Shown here piece after piece: positions 1-12,880 of a DNA stretch of 64,000 nucleotides (positions are counted from its first letter, which is position 1; each line of letters opens with the position of its first letter). This DNA is from Owenia fusiformis (taxonomy: Eukaryota), in contig CAIIXF020000001.1 of NCBI GenBank assembly GCA_903813345.2, positions 434,001 through 498,000 of the forward strand, read 5' to 3'. The notes below the pieces were generated by a model. It ran no database searches. It was not told the DNA's origin and was given only the letters and a program-made list of their open reading frames with translations. The position numbers were made by a program, and so were the translations under genes.

Positions 1-1
1 G

Positions 2-2348
2 GAATATTCAGTATTTATATTTCTAGCGCTCAATATGGTATCATTTCTCTTTATTGCATCTTCTTATATATCAATGTTCATCGTTGCCAAGCGGACCCAA
101 GGCGCCGTGCGAAGCCAGGAGGTAAAGAATGATACTAAGTTAGCGAGGAGGATGACGTTGATTGTTATGACGGACTTCTGCTGTTGGGTACCCATCATAT
201 TACTGGGCATTATCTCCTTGATGGGGTTCAACATTCACTCCCAGGTACGTATTATTCTAAAAACTAATTGAATGTCGTTCATATTATCACTCATAGAAAA
301 TTAATAAAATAAGTATTTATGTTGGGAATGCATTTATGTCACAACTTTCGCCTGGGAGACCATACATTTCTACCTCATTATGTTTTCAGATATACAATCC
401 TGTGTGGATGTAATAGAGTTTATTTAATTATGGGATTAAATATGGTTATAATTCCAAGGAACAATATGATTTTTCCCAAGTGAATAAAATCTACATACGA
501 TCCCTCCCAGTAAAACCTTTCTTCCATTTCATAATCTTTACAGATATACACCCTTTTATATGACTGCATTTTTTCTTTCCCTATCATTGCTTTCAGAAAA
601 ATTCCTGCCTGGCTACATCATTCTCCCTCATTTTGCTTTCAGATATGTTCCTCGTTGACTATATCGTTCTCCCTCATTTTGCTTTCAGTTATGTTCCTGG
701 CTGGCTATATCTTCTTCCTCATTTTGATTTCAGATATACGCCTGCCTGGCTATATCATTCTCCCTCATTTTGCTTTCAGATATATTCCTGGTTGGCTATA
801 TCGTTCTCCCTCATTTTAATTTCAGATATACGCCTGCGTGGCTATATCGTTCTCCCTCATTTTGCTTTCAGATATATTCCTGGCTTGTTATATCATTCTC
901 CTTCATTTTGCTTTCAGATATATTCCTGGGTGGCTATATCATTCTCCATCATTTTGCTTTCAGATATATTCCTGCGTGGCTATATCGTTCTCCCTCATTT
1001 TGCTTTCAGATATGGTCCTGGTTGGCTATATCGTTCTCCCTCATTTTGCTTTCAGATATATTCCTGGCTGGCTATATCATGCTCCTTCATTTTGCTTTCA
1101 GATATATTCCTGGGTGGCTATATCATTCTCAATCATTTTGCTTTCAGATATATTCCTGCGTGGCTATATCGTTCTCTCTCATTTTGCTTTCAGATATGGT
1201 CCTGGTTGGCTATATCGTTCTCCCTCATTTTGCTTTCAGATATATTCCTGGCTGGCTATATCATTCTCCTTCATTTTGCTTTCAGATATATTCCTGGGTG
1301 ACTATATCGTTCTCCCTCATTTTGCTTTCAGATATGGTCCTGGCTGGCTATAGCGTTATCCCTCATTTTGATTTCAGATATGTTCCTGGTTGGCATCCCT
1401 CATTTTGCTTTCAGATATATTCCTGGTTGGGAATATCGTTCGCCCTCATTTTGTGTTAATATATATTCCTGGTTGACTATTTTATTCTCCCTCATTTTGC
1501 TTTAAGATATGTTCCTTGTTGGCTATATTTTTCTCCCTCATTTTGCTTTCAGATATACGCCTGGGTGGCTGTATTCGTTCTCCCTCTAAATTCAGCGCTG
1601 AACCCTGTAATATACACGATCTCAACAGCTCCGTTTCTCAAGCGTGCTCGTCTCTTAAGAAGATCATTCATGACTAAGGACACCAGTAGTACAGGTGAGA
1701 AGAGAAAGATGGCAGTATTTATTTGTATAGTTATACCTTGAAATTCCATCTTCTGTCACCCAGTCACGACCCCAGGGTCCCAAATGGGGAAGATACTTCA
1801 CATTTATCAATTGCAACAAGTATGACATTCGGTTCATCGGTGGGTTCGACCGCCCTGGAAAGGGGAGGCTCTTAGAAGTGTACTTTTGTAAAGATGGTTC
1901 TCATAAAATCTCAAGGCATAATAAATCGCGAAGACCCATTATGCATTTGTGTTACCTTGTTTATCATTTACAAACATCCTCCGACACAGAGGTCCGACAT
2001 CATCAATTGCTGGTGAATTGTATTCTTACTCATTGGCTCGGAATATGTGGTACAGATTTTGTATTGAGAATATGTGTTGAGAAAAGTAAAATACTAAGAC
2101 ATGATTTCATTGCAGCAGCTGATGCATCGTCCCACCCCGGAAGTGGCTTCCGGTTTAAAAGTTCCCTGCATCATACGTCAGTTTCACGTGACCACAGTAG
2201 CAGACCAAAGTTCAGGAGAGACTACGTGGCGCTGAAACAGCACCCAGGGGGGTCGCAACACAACACGAGTGTGGGGGAGGGCAGTATCAAAAGGGGCACA
2301 ACACGACTGGCCAATGAATCAACGGGAAACACTGAAATATATGACTGA
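2..2348 (+). CDS. Rhodopsin-class GPCR, LGR/GRL101/relaxin-receptor-like, 3' part (TM5-TM7 and tail). Exons <2-244, 1553-1694, 2116-2348
   Basis: The first exon reads EYSVFIFLALNMVSFLFIASSYISMF...KLARRMTLIVMTDFCCWVPIILLG (LGR-type TM6 TDFxCWxP) and ends CAG|GTACGT at 244. The next exon follows tttcag (1552) and reads IYAWVAVFVLPLNSALNPVIYTIST (TM7 LPLNSALNP), ending ACAG|GTGAG at 1694. A phase-1 join to tgcag|CAG (2116) continues in frame to TGA at 2346-2348. The last exon is less certain. Confidence 0.85.
570..1590 (+). repeat. 46-bp minisatellite (~21 units) built from the GPCR 3' splice junction
   Basis: The unit is roughly cattttgctttcAG-ATATATTCCTGGCTGGCTATATCRTTCTCCCT. AGs fall at 596, 642, 688, 733, 779, 825, 871 ... 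1377, 1414, 1506 and 1552. The last unit is the real exon start. Confidence 0.95.
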
Positions 2349-2622
2349 AGATGTAGACAATCATCTTGATTATGTATTCATTGACAATCTGAAGTTTATG
2401 TAGAAAAAGTTCAGTTGTGAGATATTAAGAATTGTACAAATACTGAATATCATTGAAATGCATTGAAATGTAGTAACATTAATCCGTGTCCTTCAATTTA
2501 ATGTTCTAATCAATTATGTCCGTATATACTGTATACATGTTTTTGCAGTAACTTTAATTTTAATCAAGATTTTTTTATCAAGAACAAAATAATCGTTTGC
2601 CAATATTTTAACATTCCTATTT

Positions 2623-3450
2623 CACTCCCCTCCATAAGTTTGGCAACCTTAGCTCCCCCATTGAACTAACTGTAAAGCCTCTTTACGTTTGAATTTTTAT
2701 TTACTTAATCTGCGATGAAATAACTTATAATATCGATGGAAACGTAACTTGACTTTATTTGCAATACTTAACTTGTGATGAAATTACTTATAATATTGAA
2801 GGAAACATTACTTGACTTTATATCCAATACCTCCAAATTTTCTCGTTTTTCCCTCAATTACAATAGGTCAAAAATTGATGATAAATGTGTGGGTTCGGGG
2901 CAAATCAGAAATCAGGATATCTTTTCAGTAAAAGATTCAGCAAAAATATTTTTTAGAAAATTGAATTGTCTAACTTTGTACACTAAGTGTGTAGTTTACT
3001 TGATGAATACTTAAGTTACAGAGCTTCAAAGCCTACTATTTCAATGGGAGAAGTTTTTTGAAAAACAATTTTGACTTTAAAGACCTATAACTTTGTTGAA
3101 CCTGAAGAAACGTATCATTTTTTTTAGCAAATTCAATTGCCTACCTTAATTGTATTTTTTGCAAGGGCTCGGGTGGATAGATATTCTGTCATATGACTTG
3201 CGGCAAACCTACCATTTCCCATTGGTTAACATGGGAATGTCAATTTTCAAAAATTTATCATAGATTTTGGACCTATTCTAATTGAGGAAAAAATTGAGAA
3301 AATTTGGAGGTATTGGAAATAAAGTCAAGTAATGTTTCAAGTAATAAGTATTTTCCTCACAAGTTATTTAAATGAAAATTCAAACGTAAAGAGGCTTTAA
3401 CACGTAGTTCAATGGGGGAGCTTAGGTTGCCAGACTTGTAGAGGGGAGTG
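2623..3450. mobile_element. MITE (Tc1/mariner-type). A right-end fragment of the same family lies at ~26720-27218 and a short relative at ~11763-11954
   Basis: TIRs cactcccctccataagtttggcaaccttagctcccccattgaacta and tagttcaatgggggagcttaggttgccagacttgtagaggggagtg, with TA on the right. Confidence 0.8.
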
Positions 3451-6330
3451 TAAAACCTTTATTTCTTGATTATCATGAATAAAAAGATCATTTTTATGAG
3501 TACCACAGGCAGGTTTTTGTCGAATACTTTGATATACTGTAGAATAGTATCCAAAGGGACCTTGGCAAGCAGTTAGAAAAGGCAGAAATCCTAATTTCAG
3601 AATTTTGGGTACGCAGGGCACATCGCATTTACGTCACACTATTCAATATAGGAGTTTCTAAATAGCTTTAAAATCTTGCTCATTCTCGCTTTTTCATGTG
3701 ATTTTAAGTGATTTGCACATCTCTAATGATTTACTTTGCTTTATTTTTGATAGCATATTTGAATTCAGTGACAAGTTTTCTCCATAATAGCTTTGCTTTA
3801 CACAGTTATGCCATGTTGAATCATTTTTCACGACATCATTGGTGCAATGCTAAAATTCATTAAAACCTTGGCTCATTTGGATCACAACCAACATTTTCAT
3901 GTTTGATCACAATATGTACATTGAGAGGGTCATCCGATAGTATGCCATTCGAGTTTCAGGCAGATTCAACCATTTAGAAACTATACAATCTGCTTTTGAT
4001 GTATACATGTACATAGAGGTTATTTTCTGGGAGGGATTCAATATGGGTTTTATTCAGAGGGACAATATGATATTTCCCGAGGGCCCAGGGTGCCTATGCC
4101 TATGAAAGCAAGCCTATATGTTTAATAGGCTTTCAATCTTCATACTTCTTACGTTTCAAAATCTATATTTCCCGGGAGGTGAATTTTCGTGAGCGGGTTT
4201 CGGAGGTGAATACGATTTTCGTGAGCGTGATTAAGTGGGCCAATATGATTTTTTTCAATATCAAAAATATTCCCGGGTAGTTTCATGGGATAAATAGAGG
4301 TTATTTAATGGGAGGGATGGAATATGAATTTTATTTCAAGGGAAATATGATATTGACCGAGGGCGACATATTTCTGGTTGAAGACAGAAAGATGTGATGA
4401 GTATCAGAATGGTTTATTGAATGTAGGCTTGTATTTATGAAATACATTAATTAAAAGCTATTGATTCAAAATAAAATTTTAAAAATATATAAGGCCGGAT
4501 TATCTAAGTTCAAGAATGTGCAGTTCAAATGTTGATGTCATTGTTTGTGCCCACTGTCCTCCCGATTTTTCAAAATCAAATATAACTCGTATTTGAATTA
4601 TTGCAAGGTAAACTGAGCCAAATGTTGAAAGAGTAATTTTGTTTTCGCAAAGTTCTAGCCTGAATATAAGATCGTCATATTATTGATTTCCAATATAGGT
4701 GTGTTTATGCGTATAAACCCTGCCATAATGCACCATTAATCACGAACATATATAGGACTTATTGTTAAGTTACATCGCCCTGTGTACAACTGTATTGGTG
4801 ATAGTTGTATACATTGCCAGGAAGATAAGCCGATTTTGATACAATTAACAATGGAAGAATTTACCGACTCTACATCAACTAGTAAATAACTTAAATCCTC
4901 AATAGGGTTTACTACAATTCCGTAAAGGTATACGTGCACTAGAGGATATTCAAAGCCAATGTTAATGGACATGAACTACGACATTTTAAACAAAAACAAG
5001 TCATAAATAGACGTTTTGTTGTCTGTTGAGTGTATATACAGGCTCAGGTAAGTGACTTTTACACATAGTTGTAGAATGCTAATATAAAGATTGTACAATA
5101 TACATTTTGTATGATGAAAACTAAATTCTATTTCCAGTTACATAAATATACTGTAGGCCAGTTTTACAGCTCGATTCTGCGGCTTTCTGCCTTGTCATAC
5201 CTTGTAACTATGACTATCATAAGATAATATTGTATATACATAAAAAATAACATAGTATCACTATGTTAGTCTCAGCTTGTAATTAATATATTTGACTTTT
5301 TGAATATTATCTATGGTTATCATCTGAAAGAATTAATACACTTACTAATAAAATCGCCTAGTGACACCAATTGAAAACTGGTTATGCTATTCTTCGTCAT
5401 TCTATTTTCTATTTGCCTAAAGTGATGTTATTATCCAAATAATCTTATAATGTCAACGCCATGATTACTCAAAATGTCAACTTTATCATGATTTTAAGCC
5501 TTATAGTTTACCAATAATGAACTATAACGACATTTCTCACACAAATGATATCAGTGTGGTTATAATGTTTGACAAAATCAGTTCTTTTTCAGTTTCCTAT
5601 TTTTCAATAGACATGGAATGGTTTCATTTTATATAAAAATTAGTCGTTCCATGTACTGAGTTACTCCATAAGATTGTATATATGTACATACGTGATTACA
5701 AGTTGTATCGGATCAATAGACATGGTTAAGTCTTCATTTACTCTATTAATTATTGAACGTTGGAATGAATGCTTGAAGTAATTCATTAAAGTCTTTCCAG
5801 ATAATGAAATAGTAATTTGGGAAAAATGTCATTATCAGAGTATAGTTTTATTGCAAAAACATTAGTTCAAGTATACGCTTACACTTCCTAACAAGAGTAC
5901 AGCGCATGTCTTGGACATATACTGTTGTATTATTTGCACTACGGATCTAACATGAGTTATACATGGATAAGTCCTAGATTTTCTTGTATTTCAATTAAAC
6001 GGGAAATGTCACTTTTCATTAATCAACAATAAAATTATTACTGCATATAATAGATGCAAAACAATTCCAATTCCGGAATGCTTTATTTCCTGTTATCATG
6101 ACATTGCTTGTTGAGTGTACTAACAGTTAGAATAACTTCTTTGACAAATCGAAATTTCGTCACTAAGAGTGAAGAACCACAAACTGCAATACTAATTGAC
6201 ATAATTGACTAGTAATTACGTAACGTCATATGTTTTCAGAGAACACTCATACTTACATATATCACACACACCACAATAAGAGGGACTTTACACAGAACAA
6301 TCTGTTCGGATCTATTAAATCCCTGCAAAG

Positions 6331-9300
6331 ATGGGTCTAGGATGTGGATCGAAAACAGCGAAGGGGTTCCTATTCGTCTTCAACATATTATTCTTCGTGA
6401 GCATTATTTCTGTCTATTTCGATATATATATATGGGTATCACTGGTGATACATTCGAAAATGGCATCACATTTATAAATACATATTTATTTAGAAATGTT
6501 TCATGTAATGTAGACAGTATATCCACAGAGGTATTCCTGATTCTTGACATTCAATTAGTTTTAACGCTAAATTCTGTATAATTAGCTATAGAATTTAGAT
6601 ACATGCGTATAACGACATTTTGATCTTAGGATTTGTCTTTCTGGTTTAAGGAAATTATATATTTGAATTTGCAGCTTTTGGGTGCTACAGCTCTGGGACT
6701 TGGTATCTTTGTCCTTGTTGACAAGGCTCAGCTGACCTATCTCACTAAGCTTGGAGGAGTAAACCAGGTATTTAGACTGTTTTTGATGATTAATTTATCT
6801 GCTTAAAAACAATATTGCATTGATCATCTCAATACATGAAATAAAAATATATTTTACTTCTGAAAAAATATTGTTTCACTTTTCAAAAGAGCAAAACAAC
6901 CGTGTCATACTTTTGAAATAAAAAACAACATGGTTTTTCATTTCAGAAAATATCATAATCAATATTCAATTACAATTCAAAATATAGTATATATTTTAGA
7001 TGACCCATATATGTAGAAAAGAGTGTTCGATTTATATGCTATGAATAGTTCGAATAAGTGTTAATACGATCTTTGTAATACTAATGATGTGGTGCAATCC
7101 ATGTAATAATGAGTTAACTGTCCACATATTTATTATGGGTTTACTACATGTTCTAAATCAACCCTCATATATTACGATTTTATTAAATGTTTTGAACCAG
7201 CTTTCGTGCACAGCGATTTAAATTCATGTTTTGTTCCACAGGTGGATGTTCCTGGATTACTCGAAACCTCCGCCTATGTTCTTATCGCTGGTGGGGGTCT
7301 GGTGTTCATCATTGGATTCCTGGGCTGTTGTGGCGCATGGAAAGAAGTTAGAGTTTTCCTCATAGTGGTAAGTTACTCAATACTTTTTGAATTCAGAAAA
7401 AGCAATATGGCCTGTCAACAGGAACACACCAGAGCCACAGAGATAATTTCTACTCTAGATTTTCCAAACCGATTTCCAATATCACTATAATCGAGTATTG
7501 TTTTTCCAGTATGCTATCATGGTGTTGCTGATTCTCCTGGCCGAGATAGGAGCTGGGGTAGTTGCCTTTTTATTCAGGGATAAAGTAAGTGAACTTAATA
7601 CACTGCCTTCCATTTGTTTTGCAATTGCAACTTGATGTTTTTATTGGATAGCATATCCAAACATGTTAATGTTTGAATCTAACCTTAATGACAATAGATA
7701 TTAATGGCAAATTGTAATACTATGTAACCTGTCGTTATACTTCAATTTGCATTTTAGGCGATAACAGAGTTGAAATCCTTCCTCAATGAGACCATCGTAT
7801 ACAAATACGAGGGGCAATTGACAACATCTGAACCGTTCTCTCTTGCCTGGGATCTTGCACACGTGACGGTAATGTTTTCCTTATAATGATATAATAATGA
7901 TAATCATAATAATCATTCATCTAATTTTTCATTTGTTTTGAATAATCATTCATATATTTCTTTATTTTTTTGAATAATCATTCATCTATTTCTTATTTTG
8001 TTTTGAATATCAATTATCAATTTCTTCATTTGTTTTGAACAATCATTCATCTATTTCTTATTTTGTTTTGAATATCAATTATCCATTTCTTCATTTGTTT
8101 TGAATAATCATTCATTTATTTCTACGTTTGTTTTGAGTAGTGACTCATCTATTTCTTCATTTGTTTTGAATAATCATTTATCAATTTCTTCATTCCTTTC
8201 AGTTTGACTGCTGCGGGATTAACAACTCTACAGATTTCGATGTTGCTTCGGCATGGAACAGATCATATACATTGACTACGAATAACATCTCTAGCACTGT
8301 AAACATGGTGATCCCACCCTCTTGTTGTCGGTTTACCGACAAATCATTATACCCCAGCAATATCGGCTCGTTGACATTCGTCAATGACACATGTCCCATT
8401 GCACCAACAACATCCAATTCATGGCTAAACACGGTAGGAACCCTAACGTCTATTTTTCATAAAAATGTAAATGTACAAAAATAATATACAAGGCCGAGAA
8501 TTAAACCATAACATTGTGATATATTTTGATTATATCCTTCCAGGGATGTTATCAAACCATTTATGACTTCGTCCTGCAGAATGCCTACATAATAATTGGC
8601 ATAATATACAAGGCCGTGAATCAAACCATAACATCGTGATATATTCTGATTATATCCTTCCAGGGATGTTATCAAACCATTTATGACTTCGTCCTGCAGA
8701 ATGCCTACATAATTATTGGCATTGGGATAGGAATAGGTGTTGTGGAGGTAAGTTCTATTTACATAATAATTGGCACTGGGATAGGAATAGGTGTTGTGGA
8801 GGTAAGTTATATTTACATAAGTATTGGCATTGGGATAGGAATAGGTGTTGTGGAGGTAAGTTCTATTTACATAATAATTGGCATTGGGATAGGAATAGGT
8901 GTTGTGGAGGTTAGTTCTATTTACATAGTTATTGGCACTGGGATAGGAATAGGTGTTGTGGAGGTAAGTTATATTTACATAATTATTGGCATTGGGATAG
9001 GAATAGGTGTTGTGGAGGTAAGTTCTATTCACATAATTATTGGCATTGGGATAGGAATAGGTGTTGTGGAGGTAAGTTCTATTTACATAATAATTGGCAC
9101 TGGGATAGGAATAGGTGTTGTGGAGGTAAGTTATATTTACATAATTATTGGCATTGGGATAGGAATAGGTGTTGTGGAGGTAAGTTATATTTACATAATA
9201 ATTGGCACTGGGATAGGAATAGGTGTTGTGGAGGTAAGTTATATTTACATAATTATTGGCATTGGGATAGGAATAGGTGTTGTGGAGGTAAGTTATATTT

Positions 9301-10833
9301 ACATAATTATTGGCATTGGGATAGGAATAGGTGTTGTGGAGGTAAGTTCTATTTACATAATTATTGGCATTGGGATAGGAATAGGTGTTATGGAGGTAAG
9401 TTCTATTTACATAATTATTGGCATTGGGATAGGAATAGGTGTTATGGAGGTAAGTTCTATTTACATAATTATTGGCATTGGGATGGGAATAGGTCTTGTG
9501 GAGGTAAGTTCTATTTACATAATTATTGGCATTGGGATAGGAATAGGTGTTGTGGAGGTAAGTTCTATTTACATAATTATTGGCATTGGGATAGGAATAG
9601 GTGTTGTGGAGGTAAGTTCTATTTACATAATTATTGGCATTGGGATAGGTATCGGTGTTGTGGAGGTAAGTTCTATTTACATAATTAGAGAGATTTCGCA
9701 CCTAGTGAAAGTACAACTTATAACGTATACTTATACTTATAGGTAAACGTACAAGGTGTTTCATAATGTGGGCATTTCGTCAGGAGAGATCTTCTCGGAC
9801 TGTAATAAATACAGGTCAAAGGGATGCCATTTGTACTTTCTTGAATTGTAGCATGTTTAGTTGATCCAAATGTGTTTGTCTAGAATAAAATAGGCTCGTA
9901 TATAGTACATTTGTTATAGACCCATCTCTTCTCAAATTGACTTTTTGGAGATGCTTGTTATGAAACACCCTGTATGTCATTTGTTGAGCTACTGAATGGG
10001 TCGTCTCCGGGAATTGCTAGAACCTACTGGTTTGATTCGTGTTTCAAATTGATGGTTAAAGTATTTGATTGGATACTGTTCCCACTCAGCCAATTAATTA
10101 AAAAAATGCTTGCGGTCAATTGTTCCACACACATGTAGGCAAATCTTTATACGGAGATCCAACTGTATACGTTATCATCTACGTAAATATACCGTTTTGT
10201 AAGTTCATTGAACTTATACTGATCATGAAAACATTGTAATAATCAACTTGTTTATGTAATGACTCACTTTAAAGAATCATGACTCACTTTAAAGGATCGT
10301 GTTTATAATACACTACAACTACAAGGACACGGAAGCAAGCATTTTATTATAATGTGCATAATCTACACGTGCAGATGACAGTGCATTCACAGGCTCTAGT
10401 TGATGGAGCTTTTCTATAACGGGAATAGTTATGTTCCATTAAGTACAATTTAAAATTGATTTTAGTAAATAAAATAGTTCGACATGACCCTTTAAACTAT
10501 ACGTATACGTATAAGTTGTACTTTCACTTATGTGCGAAATCTCTCTAATATTGGCATTGGGATAGGAATAGGTGTTGTGGAGGTAAGTTCTATTTTATTT
10601 TGACGAATAATTTAATATTTTAGTTGACGTAAACTTAGTCCTATTAGACATTCAAATAAAGATGTTGATGAATTGAGCAATCTTTACTTGTTCTCTTGAC
10701 TGAAATCATTTCATGTTTTATGCACTACTGGCTTGCTTGCTTGCAGATATCAGTTGTATTCGCTGCTTGTTATTTATCGAAAGCTATTCACAATTCAGCA
10801 GAATTTGAAGTTACAAAAGTTACCAACTTTTGA
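6331..10833 (+). CDS. Tetraspanin (6-Cys large loop). Coding exons 6331-6396, 6675-6767, 7242-7367, 7510-7584, 7758-7868, 8203-8433, 8664-8747, then last exon A 10747-10833 (~290 aa)
   Basis: MGLGCGSKTAKGFLFVFNILFF/LLGATALGLGIF (TM1), GFLGCCGAWKE, LLAEIGAGVVAF (TM3), FDCCG, PPSCC, GCYQTI, and TM4 YIIIGIGIGIGVVE/ISVVFAACYL. All introns are GT-AG phase 0 and all exon lengths are multiples of 3. Confidence 0.95.
7905..8195 (+). repeat. ~33-bp intronic tandem repeat (~8-9 units) abutting the acceptor at 8202
   Basis: The unit is roughly aataatcattcatctatttcttcatttgttttg and fills most of the intron. Confidence 0.85.
8482..8721 (+). repeat. 120-bp direct duplication containing the tetraspanin exon-7 acceptor
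   Basis: tatatccttccag|GGATGTTATCAAACCATTTATGACTTCGTCCTGCAGAATGCCTACAT occurs with the AG at both 8543 and 8663. Confidence 0.95.
8706..10595 (+). repeat. 54-bp minisatellite of the tetraspanin exon-7 donor: 18 contiguous units, plus one unit split by a MITE
   Basis: The unit is TACATAATTATTGGCATTGGGATAGGAATAGGTGTTGTGGAG|gtaagttctatt. Donors recur every 54 nt from 8747 to 9665, with another at 10582. Confidence 0.95.
9687..10547. mobile_element. Non-autonomous TIR element in the last unit of the donor array, with a nested Tc1/mariner-type MITE at ~9752-9972
   Basis: Outer TIRs tagagagatttcgcacctagtgaaagtacaactta and taagttgtactttcacttatgtgcgaaatctctcta. Inner TIRs ta-caaggtgtttcataa and ttatgaaacaccctg-ta. 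Confidence 0.85.
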
Positions 10834-11107
10834 GTTACATAATGAGGGTAGGGATTTATAACATAGGCATGGTTCAAACCTGAACGATTGACAAAATACC
10901 ATTGGAAATGTCACACGCCACTTTATACTTCTTAATAGTTAGATATTCTTTAAATACCTTCTGCACCATTCACTTAATTAGCCATAAGGATCTATTTTGT
11001 AAAATTATACAATTCTAGACAACTCAAAATATCTTAACTTGTATTTTAGGATAATACATCTCTTCTCAATTTATCAGCTTTTGCACATTCCTTTACCCTC
11101 ATTCTAG

Positions 11108-11218
11108 TTTGTTGGAGTCATATCAGCATTGTGCCTTGCTCATGCTATTAAAAAGGATAAAGACGAAGATTCAGTTACGGATCTCAGGAAGGCTGACCGT
11201 AGAGCGAGGCGACGGTAA
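11108..11218 (+). CDS. Tetraspanin candidate last exon B: FVGVISALCLAHAIKKDKDEDSVTDLRKADRRARRR*
   Basis: A pyrimidine tract plus ttctag acceptor at 11107. It is phase 0, homologous to the TM4 C-half (xxGxxxAxCLAxAI), and ends TAA at 11216-11218. Confidence 0.75.
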   Translation, partial: FVGVISALCLAHAIKKDKDEDSVTDLRKADRRARRR

Positions 11219-11936
11219 TTTTGAGTGAAACATGGATTGCTAAAATGTTGAAAAACGTGTATTAATAACAATGATTCATTAATACCCTGCTTTTGATTGC
11301 ATGCACTAACCACAGTAATCACGTGATCACATTGGTCTCCACGGATTGGCTGCATGTGGTCACGTGATTCTAAAAGTGTTACACACATCAAATGTAAATG
11401 GGAGTTTAAACTTGCATATAAAATCGAAACGCCAACCTATACGTATGACAAATCGCCCATACAAATGCATCGCTTAAATATTTTCCGTTGACGTTTAGGT
11501 TGTGAGGAACATTGCAAGCTTAAACTCCCTGTATGTATACTTTTAAAACATGCTTATAACCAAAATCACATTGTTTTGCTGCTTAACAATAATTGGCTTT
11601 ATCCCGTGGTGTTTGTCTGCATCATCCTCCAAATAACACGTCATGTCAGTCTTCTTTGTTTCTATTGCATCAAGTATGGTTTGATCAAGTGATGTAGCAA
11701 CACAATGCTCAAATTTACGGACGTCTCTCAGTTCAACGTTCCAACAATGTGGACGTTTTATACTCTCTTCTATAAGTTTGGCAGTCAGAAGTTCATCCTA
11801 GACTTTGGATACACCAATCAATGTTTGGCTATTTGAAAAAGTCACATATGTTTCCAAACTTTAGATCAGGAACAATATTAAGATTCAGACAATGAGAGAT
11901 TTGATATGCTAATCAATGGAAACTTCTGGTTGCCAA

Positions 11937-12655
11937 ACTTATGGAGGGAAGTGTATATCACTACATGTACCAATAGTTTGATTCGTATATCACATCACAA
12001 ATCTTATGGAGGGAAGTGTATGTCACTACATGTACCAATAGTTTGATTCGCATATCACATCACAAATCTTATGGAGGGAAGTGTATATCACTACATGTAC
12101 AAATAGTTTGATTCGTATATCACATCACAAATTTTATGGAGGGAAGTGTATGTCACTACATGTACCAATAGTTTGATTCGTATATCACATCACAAATCTT
12201 ATGGAGGGAAGTGTATGTCACTACATGTACCAATAGTTTGATTCGTATATCACATCACAAATCTTATGGAGGGAAGTGTATGTCACTACATGTACAAATA
12301 GTTTGATTCGTATATCACATCACAAATCTTATGGAGGGAAGTGTATATCACTACATGTACCAATAGTTTGATTCGTATATCACATCACAAATCTTATGGA
12401 GGGAAGTGTATGTCACTACATGTACCAATAGTTTGATTCGTATATCACATCACAAATCTTATGGAGGGAAGTGTATATCACTACATGTACCAATAGTTTG
12501 ATTCGTATATCACATCACAAATCTTATGGAGGGAAGTGTATATCACTACATGTACCAATAGTTTGATTCGTATATCACATAACAAATCTTATGGAGGGAA
12601 GTGTATATCACTACATGTACCAATAGTTTGATTCGTATATCACATCACAAATCTT
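11937..12655 (+). repeat. 65-bp tandem repeat (11 units) starting at a MITE right TIR
   Basis: atggagggaagtgta recurs at 11941, 12006, 12071 ... 12591. The first unit is the TIR end of the MITE at ~11763-11954. Confidence 0.95.
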
Positions 12656-12880
12656 GATCTAATCTCTTCTAATAAAGAGATTTCGTTATAATTATAAGTG
12701 AATCGAAGTTTGTCGTTTCACAAAAATACTCGTATAAGTATAGAAACGTATATTTCATATGATTCCGTACCAATAATAATTTATTATCGAGATAAGTACT
12801 CGTACACTTATAAACAACAAACAATGGCTCCGTGGATGGATAGAGCTGCGCGACAAGTGATGACAAAGTACACACACATT

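Noticed and set aside
633-1459. Three overlapping hydrophobic ORFs (222, 229 and 171 aa)
   Set aside because: These are artefacts of a stop-poor 46-bp repeat inside the GPCR intron. The same peptide cycles through all frames.
1878-2115. 5' part of the 156-aa ORF as an independent gene
   Set aside because: Only the part after the acceptor at 2115 fits the GPCR splice phase. The upstream part looks intronic.
8457-9701. 414-aa Asn/Tyr-rich minus-strand ORF
   Set aside because: It is the antisense reading of the 54-bp donor array and the 120-bp duplication, with no independent gene signals.
11937-12655. Regular arrays here and at 8706, 23434 and 62150 as possible CRISPR arrays
   Set aside because: They are head-to-tail units with no unique spacers, no cas genes, and a eukaryotic context.
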